64,000 nt of DNA from a virus. Lineage: Duplodnaviria; Caudoviricetes. The stretch covers positions 3,794 through 67,793 of IMG/VR virus record IMGVR_UViG_3300006930_000009. The stretch is one strand, 5' to 3'. Under the pieces are notes generated by a model, which made no database searches, was not told the DNA's origin, and saw only the letters and a program-made list of their open reading frames with translations. Shown here one piece after another: positions 11,101-18,716 of this stretch. Numbering within the stretch: the first letter of the stretch is position 1; each line of letters starts with the position of its first letter. A program made the translations under genes and the position numbers.

Positions 11101-12508
11101 GGTTATATGCCGGATCATTCGGGTTTAACCAGTATACATCATAGATCTCCCGGGATGGAGATTGACTCACCTGATAGGACGTGTGAGACGTGATATCAAA
11201 CTGAGCGACCAGTGGCGGGTACCCGACGGTGATAGTCTTCTGTTTCTTCCCTTCAATCCCGGCTGCATCGGTACCATATAAGACAACGGTGTATACCCCG
11301 AGGTTTAACGGCTTATACTGGAGGATCGATCCAAAGTTTGTTGCCGTAGGGATGGCTTCCGTATACACTAAGGTCTTTGACCCATTCGTCTCGGTAAAGT
11401 ATACTTCCCACCGCATATCATGCAGGGTTTTGTTTGAAATGTTCTGACACTTGAACGTGTCCCGGAACACCAGTTCTGAATTGAGTTTAGGTTTCAGAAT
11501 GATGAAATCTAAGAACAGTTCAAACTTCTTATCCCTGACTTCGATGATGACTGACCGGGAACGGGATTGATCGGATCGCCATGCGTAAAACTTGATCTGG
11601 TAACTGCCTTCTTTTGTCGCCTTATATGACAGGTTTAACGTATTATTGATGACCTTGACGACTTCATACCCGCCATCGGGCTTGATATACTGCACAATCC
11701 ATTTGGATGAGGTGATATCAGACGGGGCGGTTGCATGAGCCGTCATCGTCTCTCCGAGCTTACAGATATACCGGATAGCCCCACCCAGATTTACCGGAGC
11801 CGGGTAATCTACTGATACGGTGACGAAGAAACTGTCACGGGAGGTGATCAGGATCTTCTCGGTATCCTGAGCCATGGTATCTTTCATATCCCAGACAGAT
11901 AAGACGACAAAGTAGTTCCCCGGAGCGGAGGGCATATATTCGATCTCATTTACCGCACCAAACGAGGCAATCCGGTTATCAGTCGTCTCCAAATAGACAT
12001 CCCAGTGCCATGTGGATGCAAGGCCGATGGAGTCGTTCCGACATTTGATCTTCTGCCCTTCAGAGATATCAGACTGGCCTCCAATAGGAGATAACAGAGT
12101 GATGTTTGCCTTTACATCTGAAGTATGAGGATCAAATGGAACTTCCTCGAACCAATGTCCGGGTTCAGCGAGATCATACCCGGTACATAAGGTGATCACT
12201 TCCCCGGAGATACACTCATCCAGTTTCAGTTTTACAACGATGGTATTTGCATCTTCGCTGATCTGCTCGATCGGGATAACCCCATGTTCTTTGCAGATGA
12301 AGAAGAGATCGGTGAAATCCACATTGATATCATCCCCGATATAGATCGTATCATTCGTCGATTCTCCATATGAGTTATAGACAGTTACCTGATAGACCCC
12401 ATCAATGATATGGGCACCATCGAGCGTAAACTCATACGTAACGGAGAATTGATCGATTGTCGGTTCAGAAATACCATGTTGGGGATCTTCGATCTCTTTA
12501 AATACCAT
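5150..12508 (-). CDS. Giant virion adhesin-like protein (2452 aa) with PKD/Ig-like repeats and a LamG/ConA-like domain
   Basis: Beta-rich repeats with PKD-like signatures (C.N.S.G...W.W, A.F.IT...C.P.S+EW); LamG motif FTIEFWF...WYHIACVKKG...LYVNG at ~7130-7600; GGTGA RBS; position after baseplate. Confidence 0.75.
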   Translation of the reverse strand: MVFKEIEDPQHGISEPTIDQFSVTYEFTLDGAHIIDGVYQVTVYNSYGESTNDTIYIGDDINVDFTDLFFICKEHGVIPIEQISEDANTIVVKLKLDECISGEVITLCTGYDLAEPGHWFEEVPFDPHTSDVKANITLLSPIGGQSDISEGQKIKCRNDSIGLASTWHWDVYLETTDNRIASFGAVNEIEYMPSAPGNYFVVLSVWDMKDTMAQDTEKILITSRDSFFVTVSVDYPAPVNLGGAIRYICKLGETMTAHATAPSDITSSKWIVQYIKPDGGYEVVKVINNTLNLSYKATKEGSYQIKFYAWRSDQSRSRSVIIEVRDKKFELFLDFIILKPKLNSELVFRDTFKCQNISNKTLHDMRWEVYFTETNGSKTLVYTEAIPTATNFGSILQYKPLNLGVYTVVLYGTDAAGIEGKKQKTITVGYPPLVAQFDITSHTSYQVSQSPSREIYDVYWLNPNDPAYNPDTDPTKIICDQTCDCFPESFEWKVVERGFGAGNRTFTAIGPGLEYTIETDSESILDIYLRVKRGAEYSDWVRKRIHVYPDRNTKAVAGRGKTCIFDMILNSPIAGDKTEITKVAIAGKVAVFPYSPGAQASATSPANLMNLIRATSPCIRIDISSGEAFNSGAIVYTKNVTNPLTDTFSYLPTVSGPYTIRLTVLTPTITDWYFNRYADITLYAIPIPSLTGDFVVVYPYNVNYGLVNAEDLLCVNNSSDCDTVTWSIRPQDSVLRSFPEFNDQDVLYLPECGSLKPLQVHDAVWTIMIALKKTYPSGYVANVTNAKTVRWKDLKTCNYLWEWDNPVDLKATNPRWVVGVFPRDMISMQCSIPNALPYECVFEYEWNVYWGISPYHDHSPVMVGAVNKSGAVMFTPDTYGHYIISLRVYVKDLLGNTIGYSYALTDEFYAELFYPYPYHYIKIAGGVENQTAALKSDMYIQVNNQSFLTYVIKDTDKSYKLKWDYAYTDGNSSIVRASDAVYVNLQNDLYSNQWDFNFIDMGVYTVTLSLFEVVDGVYVEPAISKYSIKIDATPVKLNDGYTVRLQSLEVPYEDYPTLAKPLTYTEHIEGIDTVNTSYALGHFINDRLYPMVFPYLTNKTGKSVVTAAQSIPGLTFVWDVHLTEDLYASSATMDPNGDVSVTGKSAMLLHATTAHQTNDQTYFRFHYPRMICRNLTYTGSIHVQATDSRYGKTTVSEVTVPVRIVITTDTYFGSSKILFNVSQLHNIYGSQSLLHKTLLKPKAVNYCFNEGPYSLDVNNRTGISVDGALIYEGMPNPVMVKYNQGPKSAHVGKNMYYKLTTEVWTNSGLKSRYVSDKMQCLAGENVKISPYIVEDLNLTGSEVNAYILVTITYYYQNTITKTYTSPRYPIRKMKVMNGLNQAGYNADQASRGYQIEFPVLQYTVTDSSLGSVIYDGLKINSEIDPCLVNTSMIPSVRCNASLPIPNSVSKYGWYYGFYLNDIWWPGVSSDAYIKSLRNLLYRKCNPEGFYPAFGDLWGTAVSPGLTYGYMYEFNDRSYYFGSTRSPGELRDGARMDIGPESAKYTYLTSPSPVSSSNQLLPESAPDTLSYTITTKSLSPGLFDTVISIGCMKLTNGIPYWYSVTGCTPYIDSLRISNIARYNGEFTSPSVAFDVDANVLVNIPFNGNLQDTSSYNRTISSFDTPVYATGKFDRCFTLSRGSTQYLSIPYDASLAFTSSDFTIEFWFRQDGSGNGTYYLYSHDTQTWNTNHTIRVDASGSAYMVTWALRNDTTDLASMSISLLTGLWYHIACVKKGDVCTLYVNGSVKSTGTIPQTIFPTSITMAKRPDADWRQLSSIPYLKQGMNVANEFLTARGYTGIQSTESYIIDSTSAISVRTTKLPFYLYAYNSSTSRNNITVTSANKSVTIANPVTNQLTYIGTVGDGWIMQASIDPTTLWDLHSGLRITSDMISSAIWKVTVDGTVLTTSPASDITDPFTFKSSASDGPHFYVVSLTLTGTTGIVYPEITFAFKAYHVADYDSLSEEEGDPAEDDITIDPTTTIYADFDSGRKVIVASTREEASSGPQYPIYLKSLYTNGQVAEADVNYIRFYLSPPLQAKKAGSVTVENITTTIEDEDGNVEITLPTKYYIKDEQTPYGEFSYYVMLPQVIAAIGPYLHTSFDLKITHDNGEVETIRYGGYVYITFSQNNPNSVADPYVNALSPDNLTEEAYKLTIPGSPFTYTYDGVTETVVQPSVEVYISSPDCEMEFSQNEYGLDICSIKYSIAKPKDIAIVVRAVKTCFADTQLNQSIHFYQTHQWGLVTWSGNDAVPSEGSLPVGQKAIKPYEKGYGLYCTYCGKLTKFTCSSNKIMIPDPTMYQDDPTTTVYAASIKKKYPNICYEDQFTTAANPAKIAPIYVGLINSSEFNPSDGNYSGLIGTRIVDGVGNVIGTFTSQFGKSTTLYNELQQPYASPPHYLLKIEFEQVNMTKLTTS

Positions 12509-12518
12509 GATTCACCGA

Positions 12519-14498
12519 TTAGTTCAGAAACTCTACATATGTCTGGTTAGTACCAGCGGAGTGTTTAATACGAACATCACCATTTGCGGCAGCAGTGGTC
12601 ACCGTGATTCGCACCGACATACCAATGGTATCCGTAGTCAGCACGTTTATTGCATCATTGGTTGAGGTATACATCCCCATTACGACGATATCATTTGCGA
12701 CGAATACGCCATCCGTGGTCGTAAAGTCCATATTGGCATACGTGTAACTTGCCAGTTCGGTCAGGGTGTCCGTTCCAGTGAGTTTAAATAACGACATCTT
12801 CACTTCGGATATCGTGGTAGCTGAGCCGGTGGTTTCGGATCGGACATTGACCGTGGTTTTAAAACGTATACGGCGGGGAACGGTGAAATTTGATTTAATA
12901 TTCTCGTCAAGAATAAAGTTTACCTGACGGGTGACACTGGTCTGACCGGCAGGAATGACCCAGTCGGCAGAGTCTACTGACCCATGCGTATATTTACTGA
13001 ATTGTCGGGTAGTGAGTACGTGAGTGATCTCCTGAGTGGATGTCGCATCAGATGATAACTGTTTCAGCGCATACGGAGTCGTTATTTTGTAACAGGATGC
13101 TGATTGTGCAAAGAAGGAGTGCCATGCAAGCCACGGGTTCACCCCGGTTCCGGACGCAGACTGTTGCTGCACAACGATCGGGTTAGAAGTTGTACCCAGA
13201 TTATTGATCAGCTGGACCGGGACGGTGTTGGTGATTCCGGACACTTTCACCCCGTTTACCGTTGCTGCATCCAGTAATGCCTGCTGCTTGGTGATCATCG
13301 CCGGGAAATACCCGGTGGTATCATCCGTGATCTTTAATACAGCAGTGGATATTGCACCGGTTTTGGTATGAATACCAGAGAGGTTTACATCGTCAGTAGC
13401 GACAGTGACACGCTGGGTGGCTCCGGATGCATTCCCGGTATTGGTATCAATGTCACTCCCCCGAATCTTCCGGAGATCCACATTGGTCGATGCGGTGGAT
13501 CCGGGATCGGATACCAGCATAACTTTTAATGGGACGGCTTCCGTGCCAATATCAAAGTTTGCCGCATTCCGAAGTACTACCGGCATCATATCTCCGGCAG
13601 GGGAAACCAGAACGTTTCCACTGGGATCCACGTTCGGCACCATGGATTTGTTTGCGGGAGAACGGAACAGGGCCGGGAATCCGGCTTCCATCACTTCAGC
13701 AACCGGAACGATAGATTCGCTAATCTTTACGACATTCTCCTCACAGATCGTCTTAATAGCAGCAAGGTTCGGGTCATTGGATGCAGTGACGACCCGCATG
13801 GTAGAGCTGGTAGCATTCCCGGAATTCCGGTCATACTCTACCGATGATGGAGTAGTTACCTGCCCGGCAATGTAAATCGGGTTGGTCGGGGTACCGATGA
13901 TCGATCCGGAAGTATCCCTCAGGTTTACTTTCAGACCGCCGCCGGTAACGACTGCACCACCGAGTTTTACCATGTTGGTAACGGTGAGATCATCCGATGC
14001 CAATACCATTCGCTGAGTACCGGCATCGATCGTTCCCCCATTATAGGATATCGGGTTCCCGGAGTTGTCCGTTTGGCGGAACTGAAGAACTTTACTCGGG
14101 GAGAAGTCAACGATTAATGGATGAGCCTGAACACCAAGGTCGGTCGTCCCGTCATAGTTTTTCAGTTTTACAGACAGGATTCCGTCAGATCCGAACGATG
14201 ATTTAATGGATGCGAGGTTGGTAGATATCGTTGATGTATATGAGAGAATAGACGACAGATTTGCGTCATCCGTGGCAATAGTGACACGCTGAGTACCGGC
14301 ATCAGTAGGACCGGATGATACAGATACAGTGACATCACGAATCTTTTTCAGATTACTATTTAATTCGCCATTAAATGCATTATCCCACTCCTGTAATGCG
14401 GTATCGATCTTATCAAAATTTGCATTGACCGTATCTCCCCAATTCTGCTCATGCACATTGGGTTTATAAAATTGAAAGTATTGCGTGTATTCTCCCAT
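12519..14498 (-). CDS. Tail fibre-like protein with four TQRV.+A.DD.NL repeats (659 aa)
   Basis: Probable start MGEYTQ at 14498 after AAGGAG RBS (track starts 14537); N-terminus resembles that of the 1..5106 protein; Thr/Ser/Gly-rich. Confidence 0.7.
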   Translation of the reverse strand: MGEYTQYFQFYKPNVHEQNWGDTVNANFDKIDTALQEWDNAFNGELNSNLKKIRDVTVSVSSGPTDAGTQRVTIATDDANLSSILSYTSTISTNLASIKSSFGSDGILSVKLKNYDGTTDLGVQAHPLIVDFSPSKVLQFRQTDNSGNPISYNGGTIDAGTQRMVLASDDLTVTNMVKLGGAVVTGGGLKVNLRDTSGSIIGTPTNPIYIAGQVTTPSSVEYDRNSGNATSSTMRVVTASNDPNLAAIKTICEENVVKISESIVPVAEVMEAGFPALFRSPANKSMVPNVDPSGNVLVSPAGDMMPVVLRNAANFDIGTEAVPLKVMLVSDPGSTASTNVDLRKIRGSDIDTNTGNASGATQRVTVATDDVNLSGIHTKTGAISTAVLKITDDTTGYFPAMITKQQALLDAATVNGVKVSGITNTVPVQLINNLGTTSNPIVVQQQSASGTGVNPWLAWHSFFAQSASCYKITTPYALKQLSSDATSTQEITHVLTTRQFSKYTHGSVDSADWVIPAGQTSVTRQVNFILDENIKSNFTVPRRIRFKTTVNVRSETTGSATTISEVKMSLFKLTGTDTLTELASYTYANMDFTTTDGVFVANDIVVMGMYTSTNDAINVLTTDTIGMSVRITVTTAAANGDVRIKHSAGTNQTYVEFLN

Positions 14499-14512
14499 GA
14501 TACCTATCTCCC

Positions 14513-14932
14513 TTATACAACCCGGGAGAACCTGCACTTAATCCGGATGGTTGCACCGACGGTATCGTTAAATGACAGCACGCCTCTTACTTCACGGTAA
14601 TACATGACGTTCTGCTCATTGAACAGACCGATCTCCCGGACGTCCACATTGGTAACTCCGGTTGGACAGATCTTCCCTTCATCCCATGTAGAGGTGTACA
14701 TCACGGTGGTGGAATTCGGATCTCCGGTGAGAGTAGGGTCACAGGTGACGATTGCCGGCATCCGGGTATAGGACGAGGTTGCAACCTCATTATACAGGTT
14801 CTGATCAGTATTCAGCGGTTCAGTACCGTTTGTTCCAAGACCAATATACCGGAATGGATGGCCGTTCAGACCATATCCATGCAGTTTTGTCAGCTCTTTA
14901 ATACCATCATTGGTGATTACTCTGCTTGCCAT
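14513..14932 (-). CDS. Tail-collar / fibre-attachment baseplate protein
   Basis: ITNDG...YIGLGTNGT.P...L.NEV...R....VREIGLF....Y.R pattern typical of tail-collar-like proteins; GGAGG RBS. Confidence 0.65.
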   Translation of the reverse strand: MASRVITNDGIKELTKLHGYGLNGHPFRYIGLGTNGTEPLNTDQNLYNEVATSSYTRMPAIVTCDPTLTGDPNSTTVMYTSTWDEGKICPTGVTNVDVREIGLFNEQNVMYYREVRGVLSFNDTVGATIRIKCRFSRVV

Positions 14933-15009
14933 GATTCCTCCTTTGTAAATAAGATCACTTCGGATGTGATCGACATACCCATATTGACTGGCTCATCCGG
15001 ATCATTCAT
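14917..15009 (-). CDS. 30-aa micro-ORF (MNDPDEPVNMGMSITSEVILFTKEESWQAE)
   Basis: ATG 24 nt below TTTATATA (15033-15040); overlaps RBS and start of next gene; below the track's length cutoff. Confidence 0.4.
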   Translation of the reverse strand: MNDPDEPVNMGMSITSEVILFTKEESWQAE

Positions 15010-15053
15010 GACCTAAACGTAGTAGGAAAGAATATATAAAGGATGATCAAGGA

Positions 15054-16514
15054 TTAGAAAAGAGTTACTTCGCTCTCTACTGAAAGCATAATCTCCCCGA
15101 TCTCTTCTACATCATAAAATGCATCTAAGGTGATTTGGTTGACTGCCCGCTGCTCCGGTGTTAAATGACAAAGAATATATCGGGCGGGTTTATCAGCAGT
15201 CACCCACAGGGTAGGGGTATGGTAGGTAATATCAAGCCATACCCGGGACTCATTTGTATGCTCTACCGTCGTATGATCTGAATTCCACCCGCCGGTATTA
15301 TAGGGAACCGAGTTGAACGGGATGAGAGGGTGAGCACCCGTTACCGATATCTCAGGTCGCTGCCATCGGTTAATACCGGTTGTGATCTCCGGGTGAATGA
15401 ACATCATCTGCACCGGAGTCTCTTCACAGTCTCCCCATCCGGCGGTATGCCAGTGAACATCTCCCCACCCGACGTAATCCGACATGATGGGTGACACTGT
15501 GGTGGTAAACGGAGGGATCAGATAGGATACCTGTGCATGTGGACCCGTAGAGCATTTCACATGAGCAGTAGAAGTGATGTTCAGATAATACGATGACACT
15601 CCGGGTGATGCCCCGATATCGGGAGATGTGCCGGTGAATACAAACAATACCGATAAGTTTTCTTTATACCCTCGTTTGGTGTTCGGCCATGGTGCATTAT
15701 GCCACTCTGATACCGACCACCGGGTATCCCATCCAAGTGACCATACGTCCACATTTGCCCCGGCGAGCGGAATAAACTCCTGTGGGCCGGAATCCATATA
15801 GAGGATCAGGTATCCTTTTGCCAGAGCTTGCAGTTCAGCGGTATCGCACTGGAAGGTTACGCCGTTGAAGTATACCCCGGCTGGTTTAATTTCATTGATC
15901 CCTTTGATGAAATATTCGATATCTATCCCATATTGGTTCGCCTGTAAAAGATCAATGGAAAATGCCGGGTAATGGGGATCCGATGCAGTGGCATCGGTAA
16001 TGCGGAACTGCTGATCGGTATACCTCCGGGTAATATTCCCGGGGGTGATGATCATCCCGGTATCAGGGTTGACAAGACCGGTAGTGGCATACACATAGTT
16101 TGCAATATCACGGGCGGATCCTTCTGACCGTAATGTAGCGGCTTTGGTAAGAATCTGCATCTTTAATGCGAGATCCGTGCATGGGGTATACTCTACTCCT
16201 CCGGAAATATTTCGAACGGTAGATACCCGGGTCACTCCGAGCTGCGTTGCCAGCAGATCCAGATATGGGTTTGGGTGAGGAATATCGGACTGTTCAGTCA
16301 GATAATATAAATTCCGGATCTGTTCAATCTCGGGAAAAGACTGCCATAGCGTTTCAATATCAAGGATGGGTGCTTGAAGTAAGGTATAATTCGGCGATCC
16401 ATAATCAGTCTGAAGGTAAGACGATAGTCGTCTCAGGGCTTCCCGAGTACGAATATCCGATTTCGTGAGGATCTTATTCTCACGGAGCATCTGATAATGC
16501 ATCGCTGCGTTCAT
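15054..16514 (-). CDS. Baseplate wedge protein (P2 gpI / Mu gp48-like N-terminus, long C-terminal extension)
   Basis: LDLLATQLGVTR...D..L+..IL.K pattern; directly downstream of the baseplate J-like gene. Confidence 0.65.
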   Translation of the reverse strand: MNAAMHYQMLRENKILTKSDIRTREALRRLSSYLQTDYGSPNYTLLQAPILDIETLWQSFPEIEQIRNLYYLTEQSDIPHPNPYLDLLATQLGVTRVSTVRNISGGVEYTPCTDLALKMQILTKAATLRSEGSARDIANYVYATTGLVNPDTGMIITPGNITRRYTDQQFRITDATASDPHYPAFSIDLLQANQYGIDIEYFIKGINEIKPAGVYFNGVTFQCDTAELQALAKGYLILYMDSGPQEFIPLAGANVDVWSLGWDTRWSVSEWHNAPWPNTKRGYKENLSVLFVFTGTSPDIGASPGVSSYYLNITSTAHVKCSTGPHAQVSYLIPPFTTTVSPIMSDYVGWGDVHWHTAGWGDCEETPVQMMFIHPEITTGINRWQRPEISVTGAHPLIPFNSVPYNTGGWNSDHTTVEHTNESRVWLDITYHTPTLWVTADKPARYILCHLTPEQRAVNQITLDAFYDVEEIGEIMLSVESEVTLF

Positions 16515-16515
16515 T

Positions 16516-18342
16516 TCAGTTCACCGGGTAGGATGCAGTTATGAGGATATCATCGTCTTCAATACATGCCTGATTCCCCGATTCCACCGTAAACCGGTCA
16601 AGTAGTTTCTCTTTCGTCACATTGGTGAGTTTATTTGTCACCTGAAACTTTTGTACAATCCGGGTGACCCCATCGGTGGAATAAATTGCATCGGCGATCT
16701 TCCCAAGCTCTACCGGGTCATCGATATTCAGTCCGTCGAAATACGCTTTGATTGCGGCAATAACGGATGCAATCACCACGCCTTCACTGATATTCTGAAA
16801 CTCAATAACGGCGACCACTTTAAACGCATTCGTGGGAACAGCACTGATATCTACCCGAAGACCTACAGGTTTTACTGCGGCAATGAGGCTGGATAACTGC
16901 TGTGTCCGGGCAGTCACTGCTTCTACCAGTGCTGCGTCGGCTCCGGGTTTGGATGCATTCAGGAAGTCTTCATAATCTGACCGGGCGACCATGGCCTTTG
17001 CAAAATGCAGAGTCGTCCCGTTTATCGTCTCCGATACATCCACCACCTTGCATGCCCGGACAAATGACAGGGTTTTGATATGCGTCTCTATTGAGACAGA
17101 TGTTGATGTCGTATCGGTCTGGTACGTCTTGATTCGGGATCGGAACTCTACATCCGTCTCATCACTATGCCCGTTGGTAAAGTCTTCTATCTGTACAACT
17201 CTTCCTACGGCAGCGATCTTCGAGACCATGGTATTGACTGACCCGCCGTCTGATTTACTCCGTTTCTCCACCGTGGGTAATATGGTGCTGTACACCGTCA
17301 TCGACTCAAGGTTTTTCCAGACATACCGGCATTCCACATCCACCGAATCCGTTCCTGATGGGATGATCACGGTTCCGGCAGTAGGGACAAACATCAGATA
17401 CCGGTTCATCTCCCGAATCGACTGTCCCGGGTAATAATACAGATATTTGTCTGATGATTTGGTATCGACGACCGGATCATACCAACATTCAGTGGCAGTA
17501 TCATTGCGGAAATACATACACCACGACTTATCATATGAATCGATCACCGATGCATTCCGGGATTCAATGGCTGACTGAATCTCTTCATAAGTGGCAGAGG
17601 TATCACTTGTCTTCAGAGCATTCTTGGTGATGACGATATCCCCGGTAACACCGGGTTTCCGATACACCCGGAGACGGATCTTTACTCCGTCAGATATTGC
17701 CGTACCGTTGAATGCATCAAGTTGCACCACTTTACTGATCTTGGAAATATACGGATTGGATGCATCTGCATATATCCGACTGATCGCTCCGGAGGTATAC
17801 CCATCCGTAACCTGTTCAGCTAAGGCGTTCCCTACCGTTCCAACCGTATTACAGGTGACAGAGATATCCTTTGATAGACCCAGTGGGTATTCCGGTATCG
17901 TATACTCCTGCAACGTCACATATTGCAGACCGGTGGTCTTTCCGACAAATACGGTACCCTGTGGGATCGTAATAGGACCGGTGATATATTTCCCGGTAAC
18001 CGGGTTGATCGCCCGATATACCCGTATAAGTCCTGATGCAGCTGACTTTTTATACCTGATTAATCCGAAGACAGATCCAATATTATCCAGATTTATACCT
18101 GATGCATAATCTATATATGATGAATAATAGACATTTTCAAGAGCCTGCCATGTATAATATAATTCAAATGCGATAGAATCAATAAACTGTTTTAACGGAG
18201 ATGATGAGGATAAGTCAATATCAGATCCTAATGTGGATCGGAGCCGGTACTCCAAATCTTCGACAATCTGTGCATGGGGCTTTGGGACGAATCCGGTGAC
18301 GGACGTCTCCTCATTCCATTGAATAACACCATAATCATTCAT
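16516..18342 (-). CDS. Baseplate J-like wedge protein (608 aa)
   Basis: ASGINLDNIG..FGL.R..A...G, TIPQGTVF, GTVGN, TNGHSDETDVEFRSRI motifs. Confidence 0.9.
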   Translation of the reverse strand: MNDYGVIQWNEETSVTGFVPKPHAQIVEDLEYRLRSTLGSDIDLSSSSPLKQFIDSIAFELYYTWQALENVYYSSYIDYASGINLDNIGSVFGLIRYKKSAASGLIRVYRAINPVTGKYITGPITIPQGTVFVGKTTGLQYVTLQEYTIPEYPLGLSKDISVTCNTVGTVGNALAEQVTDGYTSGAISRIYADASNPYISKISKVVQLDAFNGTAISDGVKIRLRVYRKPGVTGDIVITKNALKTSDTSATYEEIQSAIESRNASVIDSYDKSWCMYFRNDTATECWYDPVVDTKSSDKYLYYYPGQSIREMNRYLMFVPTAGTVIIPSGTDSVDVECRYVWKNLESMTVYSTILPTVEKRSKSDGGSVNTMVSKIAAVGRVVQIEDFTNGHSDETDVEFRSRIKTYQTDTTSTSVSIETHIKTLSFVRACKVVDVSETINGTTLHFAKAMVARSDYEDFLNASKPGADAALVEAVTARTQQLSSLIAAVKPVGLRVDISAVPTNAFKVVAVIEFQNISEGVVIASVIAAIKAYFDGLNIDDPVELGKIADAIYSTDGVTRIVQKFQVTNKLTNVTKEKLLDRFTVESGNQACIEDDDILITASYPVN

Positions 18343-18680
18343 AATTTCACATCCATCATAACGCGATCTCCGGTGGTACAGGTAAAGTCTAATGCAATCG
18401 TATAGGTTGTATCCGCATACCGGTCTATTGTAACGGAAACCGTATTAACTTTTGAAACCCCGTATATCGATTCAACATCAGACTTAATAGATTGCCTCAA
18501 AAGACTTATATCAGAGTTTTTATATTGATCGACATCAAACCCAAACGATTTATCAAATATATAACTTGATCTCTTTGTTTTTAAATAGACCATGACATTT
18601 TGCTTAATCAGCTGAGTCCCTGATATCATCGGTTGTGATATATCGATATTCCCATCTGACGTAAGCCGAACGGTTTTCAT
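18339..18680 (-). CDS. Baseplate wedge / sheath initiator (gp25/gpW-like)
   Basis: 113 aa, IKQNV...LKT.R.SY.FD..FG pattern; upstream of J-like gene; TATA at 18703-18710. Confidence 0.7.
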   Translation of the reverse strand: MKTVRLTSDGNIDISQPMISGTQLIKQNVMVYLKTKRSSYIFDKSFGFDVDQYKNSDISLLRQSIKSDVESIYGVSKVNTVSVTIDRYADTTYTIALDFTCTTGDRVMMDVKL

Positions 18681-18716
18681 CCTATAGAAATGTTGAAAAG
18701 AATATATAAAGAAGGA

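Noticed and set aside
15009-15056. Stop readthrough joining the wedge gene to the micro-ORF
   Set aside because: The 44-nt offset is out of frame
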